Source: Acidimicrobiia bacterium
GTDB taxonomy: Bacteria; Actinomycetota; Acidimicrobiia; Acidimicrobiales; JANYDT01
Assembly (NCBI GenBank): GCA_031368215.1
Contig: JANLRD010000171.1
Span: 13,933 to 77,932 of the forward strand
Reading direction: 5' to 3'
Length of the DNA: 64,000 nucleotides
Shown here: one piece after another, positions 27,094-36,738 of the stretch
Layout of the letters: each line of letters starts with the position of its first letter
Position numbering within the stretch: the stretch's first letter is position 1
Program-made: the position numbers and the translations under genes
Notes under the pieces: model-generated
The model's database searches: none
What the model was told of the DNA's origin: nothing
The model's input: only the letters and a program-made list of their open reading frames with translations

Positions 27094-28176
27094 ATGACCT
27101 TCAAGAGAATTCTCCGCCTGGCGGCTGTTTCAGGGACCCTACTGGGGCTTTCGGTTGTGTCGATCGTGTCCGGCACGTCGGCAACGGCACAGACAGCCGA
27201 CGAGAAGTTCAGCGTTGGCTTGATCGGTGACTACAACTACGGGCCGCTCAACGGAGCGTTGTGGCAGGAGAGCGGGCGAATGATCGCCAACATCAACGCC
27301 AACAAGCCGAGCTTCGTCATCCACAACGGAGACATCAAGGCCGGAAGTTCCGAGTGCACCGACGCCGTCGTCACTGCGACCAAGGCACAGTTCGACAGCT
27401 TCACGATGCCGCTCGTCTACCTCTTCGGTGACAATGAGTGGACCGACTGCCACCGCATCCTGTCGAGCAACCCGAGGTCCGCATTCGGTGATCCATTCGA
27501 ACGGCTCGAGAACCTGCGGACGACCTTTTACTCGTCGAACCGCACCCAGGGAACGAACCCGTTCACGGTCACCCGACAGGCCGACGTGGATCAGCAGTTC
27601 CCGAGCTACGTCGAGAACGTCCGATGGAAGCGCGGACCGGTCATGTTCATCGGTCTGAACATCCCGGGGAGCAACAACAACTGCGAGAGTCCATATCAGG
27701 CAACCAGAGTTCCGAGCCTCTACGAGTGCAAGGTTCGGGAACCCGCAGTCCTCAAGTGGTTGAGCGACTCCTTCGCCGAGGCAAAGCGACTGCGGGCGAA
27801 GGCGGTGTTCATCGCCATGCAGGGGAATCCGGACTTCGAGAACAAGAACGTTGATATGCCCACGTACGACAACAACGGGTACAAGCGGTTCCTGAAGACT
27901 CTCCAAAACGAAGTCGTTCAGTTTCCCGGGCAGGTGGTGCTCACGCATGGTGACAGCCACACACAGCACATCGACAAGCCACTGACCGACGTGATCGACG
28001 TTCGGGATCCTTCGGCGAAGGGCAAGGTCATCGGATCGCTTCTGCGGGTGGAGACGTTCGGCAACCCGGAGACCCACTGGGTCAAGATGACCGTCGACCC
28101 TGCTTCAAAGGATCTCTTCACGTTCGAGCGGATGATCGTCGCGGGCAACCCTGCACCGAAGGCCCCGCCAAGCTGA
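27094..28176 (+). CDS. Secreted metallophosphoesterase (calcineurin-like)
   Basis: Signal peptide MTFKRILRLAAVSGTLLGLSVVSIVSGTSATA; motifs GLIGDYNYG, HNGDIKAG, FGDNEWTDC. Confidence 0.6.
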   Translation: MTFKRILRLAAVSGTLLGLSVVSIVSGTSATAQTADEKFSVGLIGDYNYGPLNGALWQESGRMIANINANKPSFVIHNGDIKAGSSECTDAVVTATKAQFDSFTMPLVYLFGDNEWTDCHRILSSNPRSAFGDPFERLENLRTTFYSSNRTQGTNPFTVTRQADVDQQFPSYVENVRWKRGPVMFIGLNIPGSNNNCESPYQATRVPSLYECKVREPAVLKWLSDSFAEAKRLRAKAVFIAMQGNPDFENKNVDMPTYDNNGYKRFLKTLQNEVVQFPGQVVLTHGDSHTQHIDKPLTDVIDVRDPSAKGKVIGSLLRVETFGNPETHWVKMTVDPASKDLFTFERMIVAGNPAPKAPPS

Positions 28177-28247
28177 CGCGATGGTCAATCGGAACGGCAG
28201 AATGGCCGTGTGCACCAAAGGGTGCTGAGCGTGAGCAGGAGGCCAAC

Positions 28248-29102
28248 GTGTTGAGTCGGAAGACCGGCTATCTCACCGTTCGTGACCGCGAAGACGCGGA
28301 CATCCCGCTCGCCACCCATGAACTCCAGGGTGAGGGCTTCACACTCCTGTCCCAGGTGTTCTCACCGACAGAGGTAGGCGCGCTCGCCGACGAGATCTCC
28401 TCCGTGTTCGACGAGGTTGAGCCTGACATCCGTTCGACCCGTGCCGCCGATGGCCACTTCGAGCCGTTCCGTTACGAAATGCTCAACCGGAGCGCTCTGT
28501 CCCAGCGGGCGATCGGCCATCGGGCGATCCTGTCGGTCATCGAGCCGCTCCTCGGCGAGGATTGCCACGTCATAGCGAACACCGCGTGGCGCCAGCCGGC
28601 CGACGACGACCGGCACGGCGGACGCTTCTGGCACATCGATTCCGGTCCCCACGTCCCCCGTCCTGCCGAGGTTCCCTGGGACGAACGAATCCCCTATCCG
28701 ATCTTCGCCGTGGCCGCTCACATCTTCTTGATCGACTGTCCACTCGAATGCGGGCCGACGGGCGTGATCCCCAAGAGCCACACATCTGGCCAGGCACCTC
28801 CTCGTGATCGCGCTGGGGACGACACGCTCACGTGGAACGGTGTCGGCCCGGAGCCGATCGTCGCCAAGGCCGGTGATGTGTCGTTGTTCGTCTCCGACGC
28901 CTGGCACCGTCGCCTGCCCAGTCTCGAGGGCGACCCCGGCCGGTTCTTCCTCCAGGTGCACTACGGACGACGTGACCTTGCCCAGCGACTCCGGACGACC
29001 GACCGGGCGAACCATTTGTCCCACGCAGCGATCGAGCGGGCAACAACGCCGCGGGAGCGGTCACTCATCGGCCTGCACAAGCCGGGCTTCTACGACGGGT
29101 AG
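28248..29102 (+). CDS. Phytanoyl-CoA dioxygenase (PhyH) family 2OG-Fe(II) oxygenase
   Basis: FWHIDSGPH (HxD) ... LFVSDAWHRRLPS is the typical PhyH-family pattern. Confidence 0.7.
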   Translation: MLSRKTGYLTVRDREDADIPLATHELQGEGFTLLSQVFSPTEVGALADEISSVFDEVEPDIRSTRAADGHFEPFRYEMLNRSALSQRAIGHRAILSVIEPLLGEDCHVIANTAWRQPADDDRHGGRFWHIDSGPHVPRPAEVPWDERIPYPIFAVAAHIFLIDCPLECGPTGVIPKSHTSGQAPPRDRAGDDTLTWNGVGPEPIVAKAGDVSLFVSDAWHRRLPSLEGDPGRFFLQVHYGRRDLAQRLRTTDRANHLSHAAIERATTPRERSLIGLHKPGFYDG

Positions 29103-29116
29103 GGCCGAGCGAGGAG

Positions 29117-29662
29117 TCACGACCCGCCCACGGGAGTTGGGCGGAACCGATAGATCGCCGGCCCGTCCGCAGTCGGGTGGAACACCACGGAAACCGCCAT
29201 GCCGATGTGAACGTCGTCGACGTCACAGCCGACGATGTTGGTCAGGACACGAGGACCTTCGTCCAACTCGACGTAGGCCACGACGTAGGGGCCGTGCTCC
29301 GCCCACACGCCCGCACCCTTTCGAGTGATCGAGAACGAGTAGATGGTTCCCCGGCCCGACGCCGGCACCCATTCGACCGACGACGACGCGCACAGCGGGC
29401 AGAAGCTCTTCGGATACCAGAGCGTTGCTCCGCACTCCACACAGCGCGGAAGCACGAGCTGTCCGACCGCAGTCGCGGTGTCGAAACCGTTACGGCTATC
29501 GGGAACGATCGCGATCACGACCCGACCCGGCGTATCGAGATGACGTACGAAAGCGGCCCGCTGCTCGGTGTCCCCCAGGGGCGAACCTCGACCGCGAGCC
29601 TCGGTAGAGTCATGAGTCTCCCATCCAAAGGCTTGGGACGCCACGGTTGGCAGAAGCGCCAC
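29117..29662 (-). pseudogene. Chimeric remnant ORF: PPOX-like C-terminal fragment joined to the 3' 117 codons of a DUF35 (Zn-ribbon/OB-fold) gene
   Basis: ...AAFVRHLDTPGRVVIAIVPDSRNGFD resembles the C-terminus of the 13631 gene (AFVHHLDTPGRVVIEIVPDTRIGFD). It is followed by VGQLVLPRCVECGATLWYPKSFCPLC..., identical to the 49039 gene. Confidence 0.65.
29131..29476. repeat. Direct repeat copy A (346 bp, 4 mismatches to 49053-49398)
   Basis: Hand alignment at a constant offset of 19922 nt. Mismatches are at 29138, 29249, 29360 and 29363. Confidence 0.85.
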
Positions 29663-29726
29663 GGATCAGCGAACAATCCGGAGCGCGCCACCTCAAGTCT
29701 GGTGCGAGACAGCCGATGTAGGTTTC

Positions 29727-30914
29727 GTGCGCGCACGAACCAAGTGGACACGAAGCGGGCGCACCGGGACGTTCGCGGTGATCGTCGCGCCCCTCTTGCT
29801 TCTCGCCGCTGCGATGCCGTTCCCCGATCAAGGCGTGTTCGCCTCGAGAACGCCAACTCGGTCCCGCCGGCTGCCAGCGTCGTTCCGAGCCGAAGGGCGC
29901 CGAACGCGACTGCCGAACCTGGCGCTGATGTTGAGCGACGAACGGACGACCCCGCCGCAGGCCCCAAGCACGATCGTCACTGCATGGCCTCGCGAACTCG
30001 CCACGACGGCGTCGCCTTCCACGTCATCGCCTCGAGCGATGACGCCCGCGTCTGGCGAGCTGTTCTTCGCCTCGGACCGCTCGGGTAACTTCGAGGTCTA
30101 CGCAATGCGTCCCGATGGTTCGTCGGTGCGTCGCCTCACGACTGACAGTGCTTCGGACGCTTGGTGGCCCCGTCCATCTCCGGACCGAACTCGCGTGCTG
30201 TTCTACCGGACTCCCACCGGAGTACATGACCTGGACTACAGCCGGACGCGCCTGTGGGTCATGAACTCGGATGGAACGGGCCAGCGCGAACTGCGGGCAG
30301 TCGGTTCGGACGGCTGGGACCTGCAGGGGCATGCCGAGTGGTCTCCTGATGGGGAAAGCCTCGTCATGTTCGGCGGAGATCGATCGAACCCACAGATCTT
30401 CATCACTGACTCCTCGGGCCGATCGCCCCGTCAGATCACCCAACGACCGGGTACAAATCTTGATCCGTCGTTCAGCCCAGACGGCAGCGCGGTGGCCTTC
30501 GTTGGATGTCCGCAGGCGACGTGTTATCCCCTCGACTACGAGATCTATGTGTTGTCGCTGGCCACGTTGTCAGTGGAGCGGATCACGGATGACCGACTTC
30601 GAGATCACGACCCCGCGTTCTCGCCCGACGGTCGCACCATGGCTTGGCTCACGCAATTCGAGTCCGCTGGCGAGAAAGGACCGGGTGTGTGGGACGTCCG
30701 CCTGGCCTCGCTGCATTCGGGCGATGCACCGCGCCGGCTCTTCGGGGGTCGGGACATCACCAGCAGACCCGTGTGGGGAACGAACGATTCGCTGTTTGTG
30801 CACCGGCTCGTGGTCGGCGTCGATCCAAACTTTCAGATCTATCGAGTCAATATCGACGGAACCTCGAGTAGGCGCCTCACCGACTCGCGAAGTTCCAACG
30901 AGTACCCCGGCTGA
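29727..30914 (+). CDS. TolB-like PD40/WD40 beta-propeller protein, secreted or membrane-anchored
   Basis: Repeated PD40 units: LFFASDRSGNFEVYAMRPDGSSVRRLT, PSPDRTRVLFY, WSPDGESLVMF, FSPDGSAVAFV, FSPDGRTMAWL. Confidence 0.75.
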   Translation: MRARTKWTRSGRTGTFAVIVAPLLLLAAAMPFPDQGVFASRTPTRSRRLPASFRAEGRRTRLPNLALMLSDERTTPPQAPSTIVTAWPRELATTASPSTSSPRAMTPASGELFFASDRSGNFEVYAMRPDGSSVRRLTTDSASDAWWPRPSPDRTRVLFYRTPTGVHDLDYSRTRLWVMNSDGTGQRELRAVGSDGWDLQGHAEWSPDGESLVMFGGDRSNPQIFITDSSGRSPRQITQRPGTNLDPSFSPDGSAVAFVGCPQATCYPLDYEIYVLSLATLSVERITDDRLRDHDPAFSPDGRTMAWLTQFESAGEKGPGVWDVRLASLHSGDAPRRLFGGRDITSRPVWGTNDSLFVHRLVVGVDPNFQIYRVNIDGTSSRRLTDSRSSNEYPG

Positions 30915-30930
30915 CCCACGCCTTCTGGTA

Positions 30931-31950
30931 TCACGCCGACGGATACTCCATGACATCGGGGCCCTGCGGGGCCAGTCGGCGCAGGCCCGAGCCATCTGCA
31001 GCGACAGAGAATATTTGGAACTTCACCGCACCCGGCGCGAGGCGATGAAAGTATATACGCTTACCATCTTTTGACCACTCGGGTCGGCTGTTGATGGCGC
31101 GATCCTTGATGAGGCGGCGCACATCGGCGCCTTTGATGTCGGACACTCTGATGTCCCACACCGGGGGCTTGCCCGAGATCTCTGTCAGCCAAGCGAACCG
31201 GTTGCCGTCCGGGGAGTAGTACGGGTCATGGTCACGGAGCCGATCGTTCGTCACCCGTGTGACCTTGCCCCCGTTGATCGGGATCGTCAGCACCTCGTAG
31301 TCGTGGGGCTTGCAGTACGACTTCGGGCAACCTATGAATACTATGCGGCGTCCGTCCGGTGAATAGCTCGGGTCGAGATTCGTTCCTCCGCGGCGAGACA
31401 CGTTCATTGGGTTCTGGCCGGTCGCCGATGTCACGTAGATCTGCGGACTGAGGCGGCTGCCGCCGAACATGACAAGGTTCGCGCCATCTGGGGACCATTC
31501 GGCGTGCCCCTGCTGCCGCCAACCGTTCGCATGTCGGCCGCGAAGCAAAGTGATGGATGAACCGTCTGCGGCCATCACCCACAACGTCGCTTTGGTGTAG
31601 TCGCGGTCGTGGGAACCTCTTGGAGTCCTATAGAGGAGGATGTGTCGCCGATCTGGCGAAATTCGACCCCACCACGAATCGAAACGCGCATCGTCAGTGA
31701 GCTGACGTACCTGAGTTCCATCGGCCGATGTCGAGTAGACCTCGAAGTTGCCAGAACGGTCGGAGTCGAACACCAGATACCCCGTTGGGACGGTGGTGCG
31801 AGATCGCGGCAGGGCAGTTATCGATGGATCGGGACCGGACACCGGCCATAAACCCATCAGCGTCGCAAACCCCAGCCCGGCCAGAACCGTCAGAAGCCCG
31901 ATCACCACCAAGACAGACAGGATGACCCTGCGCTTTCCCCGCTTACGCAC
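30931..31950 (-). CDS. TolB-like PD40 beta-propeller protein with N-terminal TM anchor (paralogue of 29727)
   Basis: KRRVILSVLVVIGLLTVLAGLGFA, then LVFDSDRSGNFEVYSTSADGTQVRQLT, ISPDRRHILLY, WSPDGANLVMF, YSPDGRRIVFI, YSPDGNRFAWL. Confidence 0.75.
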   Translation of the reverse strand: MRKRGKRRVILSVLVVIGLLTVLAGLGFATLMGLWPVSGPDPSITALPRSRTTVPTGYLVFDSDRSGNFEVYSTSADGTQVRQLTDDARFDSWWGRISPDRRHILLYRTPRGSHDRDYTKATLWVMAADGSSITLLRGRHANGWRQQGHAEWSPDGANLVMFGGSRLSPQIYVTSATGQNPMNVSRRGGTNLDPSYSPDGRRIVFIGCPKSYCKPHDYEVLTIPINGGKVTRVTNDRLRDHDPYYSPDGNRFAWLTEISGKPPVWDIRVSDIKGADVRRLIKDRAINSRPEWSKDGKRIYFHRLAPGAVKFQIFSVAADGSGLRRLAPQGPDVMEYPSA

Positions 31951-32542
31951 CGAGCAGCTCCGCCTGGGGTGCCACGACGGTTGACCCGGCTGCGATCGAA
32001 CGCATCAGCAGAGCGTTCGCACCAACCCGGCAGCCATCCCCGAGAGTTATCGGCCCGAACACTTTCGCTCCGTCGAAGAGCGTGCAGTTCGAACCGATCA
32101 CCGGGAAGCCATCACGATCGGGGTCTCGAAAGCCGACGGTACCCACCGACACGCTCTTGAAGACCTTGACGTTTTCTCCGATGACCACGCCTGCTCCGAT
32201 CGCGATGCCCATTGGATGGGCCACGACGAACCCGGGACCAATCTGTGCCTGCGGGTAGATCTCCGCGCTGAACAGCACTACTCCGGTGAGTAACAAGAGT
32301 CGAGCGACGGGGAACCAGCCGCGCAAGTGTGCGGCGTGTGCGGCTCGGAAGGTCACGACAGAAAGGAATCCGGCCTGAGTAAGAACGTCGAATGTGCGGC
32401 GCAGCCCTCGATTCTTGACGTGGTCGATTCCGATTAGGGCCTCAAAATCGGCGCGCAGGAGTTTGCGAACGGGACTGTCGTGGCGCAATCCTGCGTACTT
32501 CCGATCAGACCCGTCACCGCTGCTTTTCTCGCTTGTTGTCAC
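31943..32542 (-). CDS. Hexapeptide-repeat O-acetyltransferase (serine acetyltransferase/EpsC-like)
   Basis: LbH repeats: HPMGIAIGAGVVIGENVKVFKSVSVG...VIGSNCTLFDGAKVFGPITLGDGCRVGANALL. Confidence 0.75.
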   Translation of the reverse strand: MTTSEKSSGDGSDRKYAGLRHDSPVRKLLRADFEALIGIDHVKNRGLRRTFDVLTQAGFLSVVTFRAAHAAHLRGWFPVARLLLLTGVVLFSAEIYPQAQIGPGFVVAHPMGIAIGAGVVIGENVKVFKSVSVGTVGFRDPDRDGFPVIGSNCTLFDGAKVFGPITLGDGCRVGANALLMRSIAAGSTVVAPQAELLGA

Positions 32543-33678
32543 GGTTTCATTCTCCTACTCGGCTCCGTCAGCGTTTCCTCGAACGCGCGCAGCGCAGCTT
32601 GGCCCACGCGCGCCGCAGAGAACGACGCAGCCTGCAATGGTCCGGCCGCACGTAGATCGGCACACAGCGATGGGTCACGCACAATCCGGTCCATTCCGTT
32701 CGTGATGGCGAGCGTGTCGAGCGGATTAACGAACAGCGCGGCGTCACCAAGGACTTCGGGGAGCGACGTGCGGTCGGACGCCAGCACCGGGGTACCCAAG
32801 GACATCGCCTCAAGTGGCGGTAGTCCGAATCCCTCAAAGAGCGACGGGTACGCCAGGAGAACCGCTTCACGCATCAACCAGAGGCGGACGGCTTCGTCGA
32901 CCCTGCCCACATTCAGCACGCTGCCTACCGGGGCCGACGAGACCTTTTGCTGCTCTTCGCCGCCCTGCCACCAACGAGCGCCGGCCAGCACAAGTGTCAA
33001 CTCGCCCATCCCGTCACGCGCGCGCAGATCGAGGAACGCATCGATCAACCGGCCGACGTTCTTGCGAGGATGAAGGTTCCCGAGATACAGGACGAAGGGG
33101 GCGCGTACTCCCACTTCTTCAGCCCACCTCCGTGCGTGTCCTTCCGTGGCGTCGTCGAGCGCCACCGGATCGGCGACGCGGTTCGGGACGACCTTGACAC
33201 GCGCCGGGTCGAGCCCGTAGGACGCAATGAGGTCCGATCGCGAGTATTCGCTGGGCGTCAGCACCACACCGGCCCCGCGGGCCTGTCGCGGGACCAACAA
33301 GTTCAGCCGGCGACGCGCCCCGGATGGGTACATCTCGGGGTGGTGCAGAAACGAGAGGTCACCAATGACGACAGCCGTCGGGATGGACGAACGAACGACC
33401 ACGTGCGTCACCGTCACTACGAGGTCGGCCCGTTGCGACCGCAACGCAAGAGGCAGGTCGACCGCAAAATGTCGCAACCCCCGCCTCCGGGGCACGTCGA
33501 TGAGTGGGAAGTCCGCCCTGTCCCTGACAGCGCAGGGCACGTTGGTGCCGGGCGCCGCCAAGATCGGGAACTCGTGGGACTGGTTTTTGATCGCGAGGCC
33601 TTCGAGCAGACCGGTCATCCACGTCTCATCGCCGCCAATTCCGGACTCGAGGGGCGCCCCGTCGATCAGGACCCTCAC
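32539..33678 (-). CDS. Glycosyltransferase family 4 (GT-B)
   Basis: EGFGLPPLEAMSLGTPVLASDRTSLPEV (the EX7E region). GTG start in a GTGA overlap with the upstream stop. Confidence 0.8.
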   Translation of the reverse strand: MRVLIDGAPLESGIGGDETWMTGLLEGLAIKNQSHEFPILAAPGTNVPCAVRDRADFPLIDVPRRRGLRHFAVDLPLALRSQRADLVVTVTHVVVRSSIPTAVVIGDLSFLHHPEMYPSGARRRLNLLVPRQARGAGVVLTPSEYSRSDLIASYGLDPARVKVVPNRVADPVALDDATEGHARRWAEEVGVRAPFVLYLGNLHPRKNVGRLIDAFLDLRARDGMGELTLVLAGARWWQGGEEQQKVSSAPVGSVLNVGRVDEAVRLWLMREAVLLAYPSLFEGFGLPPLEAMSLGTPVLASDRTSLPEVLGDAALFVNPLDTLAITNGMDRIVRDPSLCADLRAAGPLQAASFSAARVGQAALRAFEETLTEPSRRMKP

Positions 33679-34763
33679 GGGAAGCAGCCGGCCCAACGTT
33701 GCATGGACTCGCCCAACTCTCGGTAGATCTTGCGGTAGTGCGCCGGGCGGGGGCTCCTCCCGGCCTCGACGAGGAATTCCTCGCTGAAGTCGGCAAACAT
33801 TCGGTTGTATTCACCGACCGCGACACGTTCCACAGCAGCGTCCACCGCCGCAAAAAAGCCTTCGGCCATCAGATGCATCCAGTGCTCAAGCATCACGACA
33901 CGTTCGAGCTTCGTCTGCTTCGTGTGCTCAACAATCGGACGTCCGAAGGCGAACAGATCACCTCGCAGATCCATGAGTTTCTTCACCACGTAGCCGCCCC
34001 AAATGTCGTCGTGACGACTGAGTTGCCAGCCATCGACCCAGAGGTCGGGAAGGAAAAAGTACGCGGGAGTGATGTCGGCTGCAAACGACGTGTTCATCCC
34101 GCACACCGGGATGTTACCGAGAGCGATGCGGTTCTCATGGCCGTAGAGACCCGGGTCGTACGGGGGCTCTTTCGGCAGCTTGTCCACGCCGTTGAGGTCC
34201 AAAATGTTGTCCCACACCCCCATATTGATCTTTACCGGGCCCGACGCTGTGGTCTCCTCGACACGCGAGCGTTCCTCGTTGCGGAATTCGTAGGGATATC
34301 CGCGTGCATAGAAGCCTGGGGCCGTTATGGAGTTGACCCACTCCCCTCTCAGCGCCGGCGCGTTCGTAACTGTCGCAAGCGCCTCAAGGTGTGTCTCCAG
34401 CCAGCCGGGCCGCACACGGCAGTCGTAATCGAGCGCCACGATGACGTCATAGCCTTCCCGGTACGCAAGCACGTGCCCAAAGTTGCGGCACGCAGCGCTC
34501 TTGTGAGGGATGGCATCCCAGTTCTCACCCATGATGTCGCGCTGGGCGGAATAGTCGTAATACACGACGTTGCCACGGGGCGCCGGACTAAGATTTCCGT
34601 CGCTGTCATCGGGGACGATGATCGTAACGTCTTCAGAGAGTTCTTCGAAGATCGTCCAATCGGGATCGTTCGGCATCGGAATCACAACAGCGACTCGGCG
34701 CTGATCGACCCGGCCATCGTTTGCCAACAGCGACGAGGTCGAGGCGGCGGCGGACATATTCAT
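33675..34763 (-). CDS. Reversibly-glycosylated-polypeptide / UDP-arabinopyranose-mutase-like protein (GT75-like)
   Basis: Collinear matches to my recollection of plant RGP1: SAACRNFG (dSACRCFGY), ALDYDC (TIDDDC), ARGYPYEFRNE (VRGYPFSLREG), IPVCGMNTSFAADITPAYFF ([21 protein letters not shown]), RHDDIWGGYVVK (RYDDMWAGWCIK). Confidence 0.6.
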   Translation of the reverse strand: MNMSAAASTSSLLANDGRVDQRRVAVVIPMPNDPDWTIFEELSEDVTIIVPDDSDGNLSPAPRGNVVYYDYSAQRDIMGENWDAIPHKSAACRNFGHVLAYREGYDVIVALDYDCRVRPGWLETHLEALATVTNAPALRGEWVNSITAPGFYARGYPYEFRNEERSRVEETTASGPVKINMGVWDNILDLNGVDKLPKEPPYDPGLYGHENRIALGNIPVCGMNTSFAADITPAYFFLPDLWVDGWQLSRHDDIWGGYVVKKLMDLRGDLFAFGRPIVEHTKQTKLERVVMLEHWMHLMAEGFFAAVDAAVERVAVGEYNRMFADFSEEFLVEAGRSPRPAHYRKIYRELGESMQRWAGCFP

Positions 34764-34795
34764 TTCTGGTCTCCTGGATTCGACAAAGGGAAGGA

Positions 34796-35734
34796 TCAGG
34801 CCGAGCGACGGATCGCGCGTAAATCGGCAAAGTTCGCAAGGATGTATTCCTCAAGCGCGTCGCGCCACGGGCGCATCTGGTTCAGGCCGAGTAGCTCGAG
34901 CGCGCGGTTCGTCATGCTTTCCGACCTTGGCCGGTTCGAGGAATAGTCCGCGGCAAAGAACTCCGAATCCACTTCGACCAGCTCGACCTCGTCGAGCAAA
35001 CCCAGCACATCCAGAATGTGGAGCGCGACGTCGTAACGGCTACCGTCGCCTTCGCACGCCATGTGGTAGCGCCCATAGTTCGTCGTCTCGACGAGGCCGA
35101 GCAAGGTTTTCGCAAAGTCCTTCGTGTACGTAGGAGTCCCGAGCTTGTCACCGACGGCGTAGATCGTGGGTCGACCCTCACGGACCTGATCGAGCATCTT
35201 GGCGACGAACTTGTGGTCCTTACCCGGCCCGCCACCGACCATCCATCCGGCGCGAACGATGAAGTGCTGCGGCTGCAATTGCTCGACAAAATGTTCGCCT
35301 GCCAGTTTCGTCGCGCCGTAGGTGTTGATCGGGTTCGGTCGATCCCGTTCGTCATAAGGGCCGTCCTTGACCCCGTCGAACACCCCCGCCGTGCTTATGT
35401 ACACAAGCGGAATTCCTGCTTCCGCACATGCGAGCGCTACGTGCCGGGTCGCTGTCGCATTCGTCAAGTAGGCCGCAGCAGCATCCGCGTCGGAAATCTC
35501 GAGATCCGTCTCGGCCGCGAGGTGCGCGACCAGCGACGGTCTTGCGGTAACTATCGCATCCTTAACAGCCTCCTCGTCACGTACGTCGAGATACTCCAAG
35601 CGTGGGCCACGCCGCCCCCACACCGGGGGTGAGATGTTGATGTCGGTTGCTACGACATTGTGGCCGGCGTCGACGAAAGCGGGCACCAAGGCACTGCCGA
35701 GCATGCCGGCCGTTCCGGTCATTAGGACATTCAC
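34796..35734 (-). CDS. NAD(P)-dependent sugar-nucleotide reductase/epimerase (RmlD-like SDR)
   Basis: LMTGTAGMLGSAL Rossmann motif and YGATK (YxxxK). GTG start preceded by GGAG, in a GTGA overlap with the upstream stop. Confidence 0.75.
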   Translation of the reverse strand: MNVLMTGTAGMLGSALVPAFVDAGHNVVATDINISPPVWGRRGPRLEYLDVRDEEAVKDAIVTARPSLVAHLAAETDLEISDADAAAAYLTNATATRHVALACAEAGIPLVYISTAGVFDGVKDGPYDERDRPNPINTYGATKLAGEHFVEQLQPQHFIVRAGWMVGGGPGKDHKFVAKMLDQVREGRPTIYAVGDKLGTPTYTKDFAKTLLGLVETTNYGRYHMACEGDGSRYDVALHILDVLGLLDEVELVEVDSEFFAADYSSNRPRSESMTNRALELLGLNQMRPWRDALEEYILANFADLRAIRRSA

Positions 35735-36738
35735 GATGGCTCCATTACTGGGGTTGTTGTTGGGTTGCGGGAAGGCTGCTGCTGGGCGCGTATTGGCTCG
35801 AGAGCTATACGCGCGTTTCGGAGTTGGGAGCGGGACGCACAACGGTGGTTGGCGTTACCGACAACCCCGAAGAGGGCATGAGCGCCGGCGCGGGCGATGA
35901 ACCCGAGCGCCTCGACAGCCTGGAGAACTGCGGTCGATGCTGCGCTGTTGCGGGTTGCGAAGTATCGGTTGAAATTTCGCAGGGCGAGAGGCGACGCGGT
36001 ACCCGTTTGACGTCGGGTGCTCTGTCCCATGAGATGGATCGAGGCACACCTCGGCTCGTACCACACAGTCCATCCGTGAAGACGCGCGAGTCGGCAGAGG
36101 TCGACGTCGTCCATGTACGCGAAGAACCGCTCGTCCATCGGCCCCGTGTCGTCAAGCACCGCGCGGCGGATCAGCAAACAAGCGCTTGAGACCCATGATG
36201 GCGTGAACGGCTGATCCGTGTCACGAGCGAGCCAAAGCGAGCGATCGGCTGCGCGACGCGAGATCCGTTCGACCATGAGGAAGAAGACAGCTGCGCCAAA
36301 CAAGGTGGGCTCGTTGCCCGCCGTCCAGCGTTGCCAGCTTCCGTCGCCGTACACCAGCCTCGGTGCGACCACGCCTGCCCGGTGATCAGAGCGAAGCCGT
36401 TCGACAAGCAGGTCGAGGCAACCAGGGGTGAGCTGCGCGTCTGCGTTGAGCAGCAGGATGTCGCGGCCCCGAGCTACAGCCATTCCTTGGTTGTTCGCTC
36501 GCTGATAGCCCTCATTGCACGCGTTCTCGATGAGCGTAACCTGCGGCCAAAGGTCACGGACGAGTTGACCGCTGGCATCCGCAGAACCGTTGTCCACGAC
36601 GATCACCTCGTGGCGCAGCCCCGCGGCAGGGAAGTCACGAACGCTCGCCAGGCACAAGTCAAGAAGATCGCGAGTGTTCCAACTCACGATGACGACACTC
36701 AAGTCCGGCTCGTCGTGGGTCCAGTCAACGCCAGTCAA
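35731..36738 (-). CDS. Glycosyltransferase family 2
   Basis: LSVVIVSWNTRDLLDLCLASV...VIVVDNGSADAS...NEGYQRANNQG. TTG start at 36738 with GGAG 7 nt upstream; the alternative track start is 36804. Confidence 0.75.
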   Translation of the reverse strand: MTGVDWTHDEPDLSVVIVSWNTRDLLDLCLASVRDFPAAGLRHEVIVVDNGSADASGQLVRDLWPQVTLIENACNEGYQRANNQGMAVARGRDILLLNADAQLTPGCLDLLVERLRSDHRAGVVAPRLVYGDGSWQRWTAGNEPTLFGAAVFFLMVERISRRAADRSLWLARDTDQPFTPSWVSSACLLIRRAVLDDTGPMDERFFAYMDDVDLCRLARLHGWTVWYEPRCASIHLMGQSTRRQTGTASPLALRNFNRYFATRNSAASTAVLQAVEALGFIARAGAHALFGVVGNANHRCASRSQLRNARIALEPIRAQQQPSRNPTTTPVMEPS

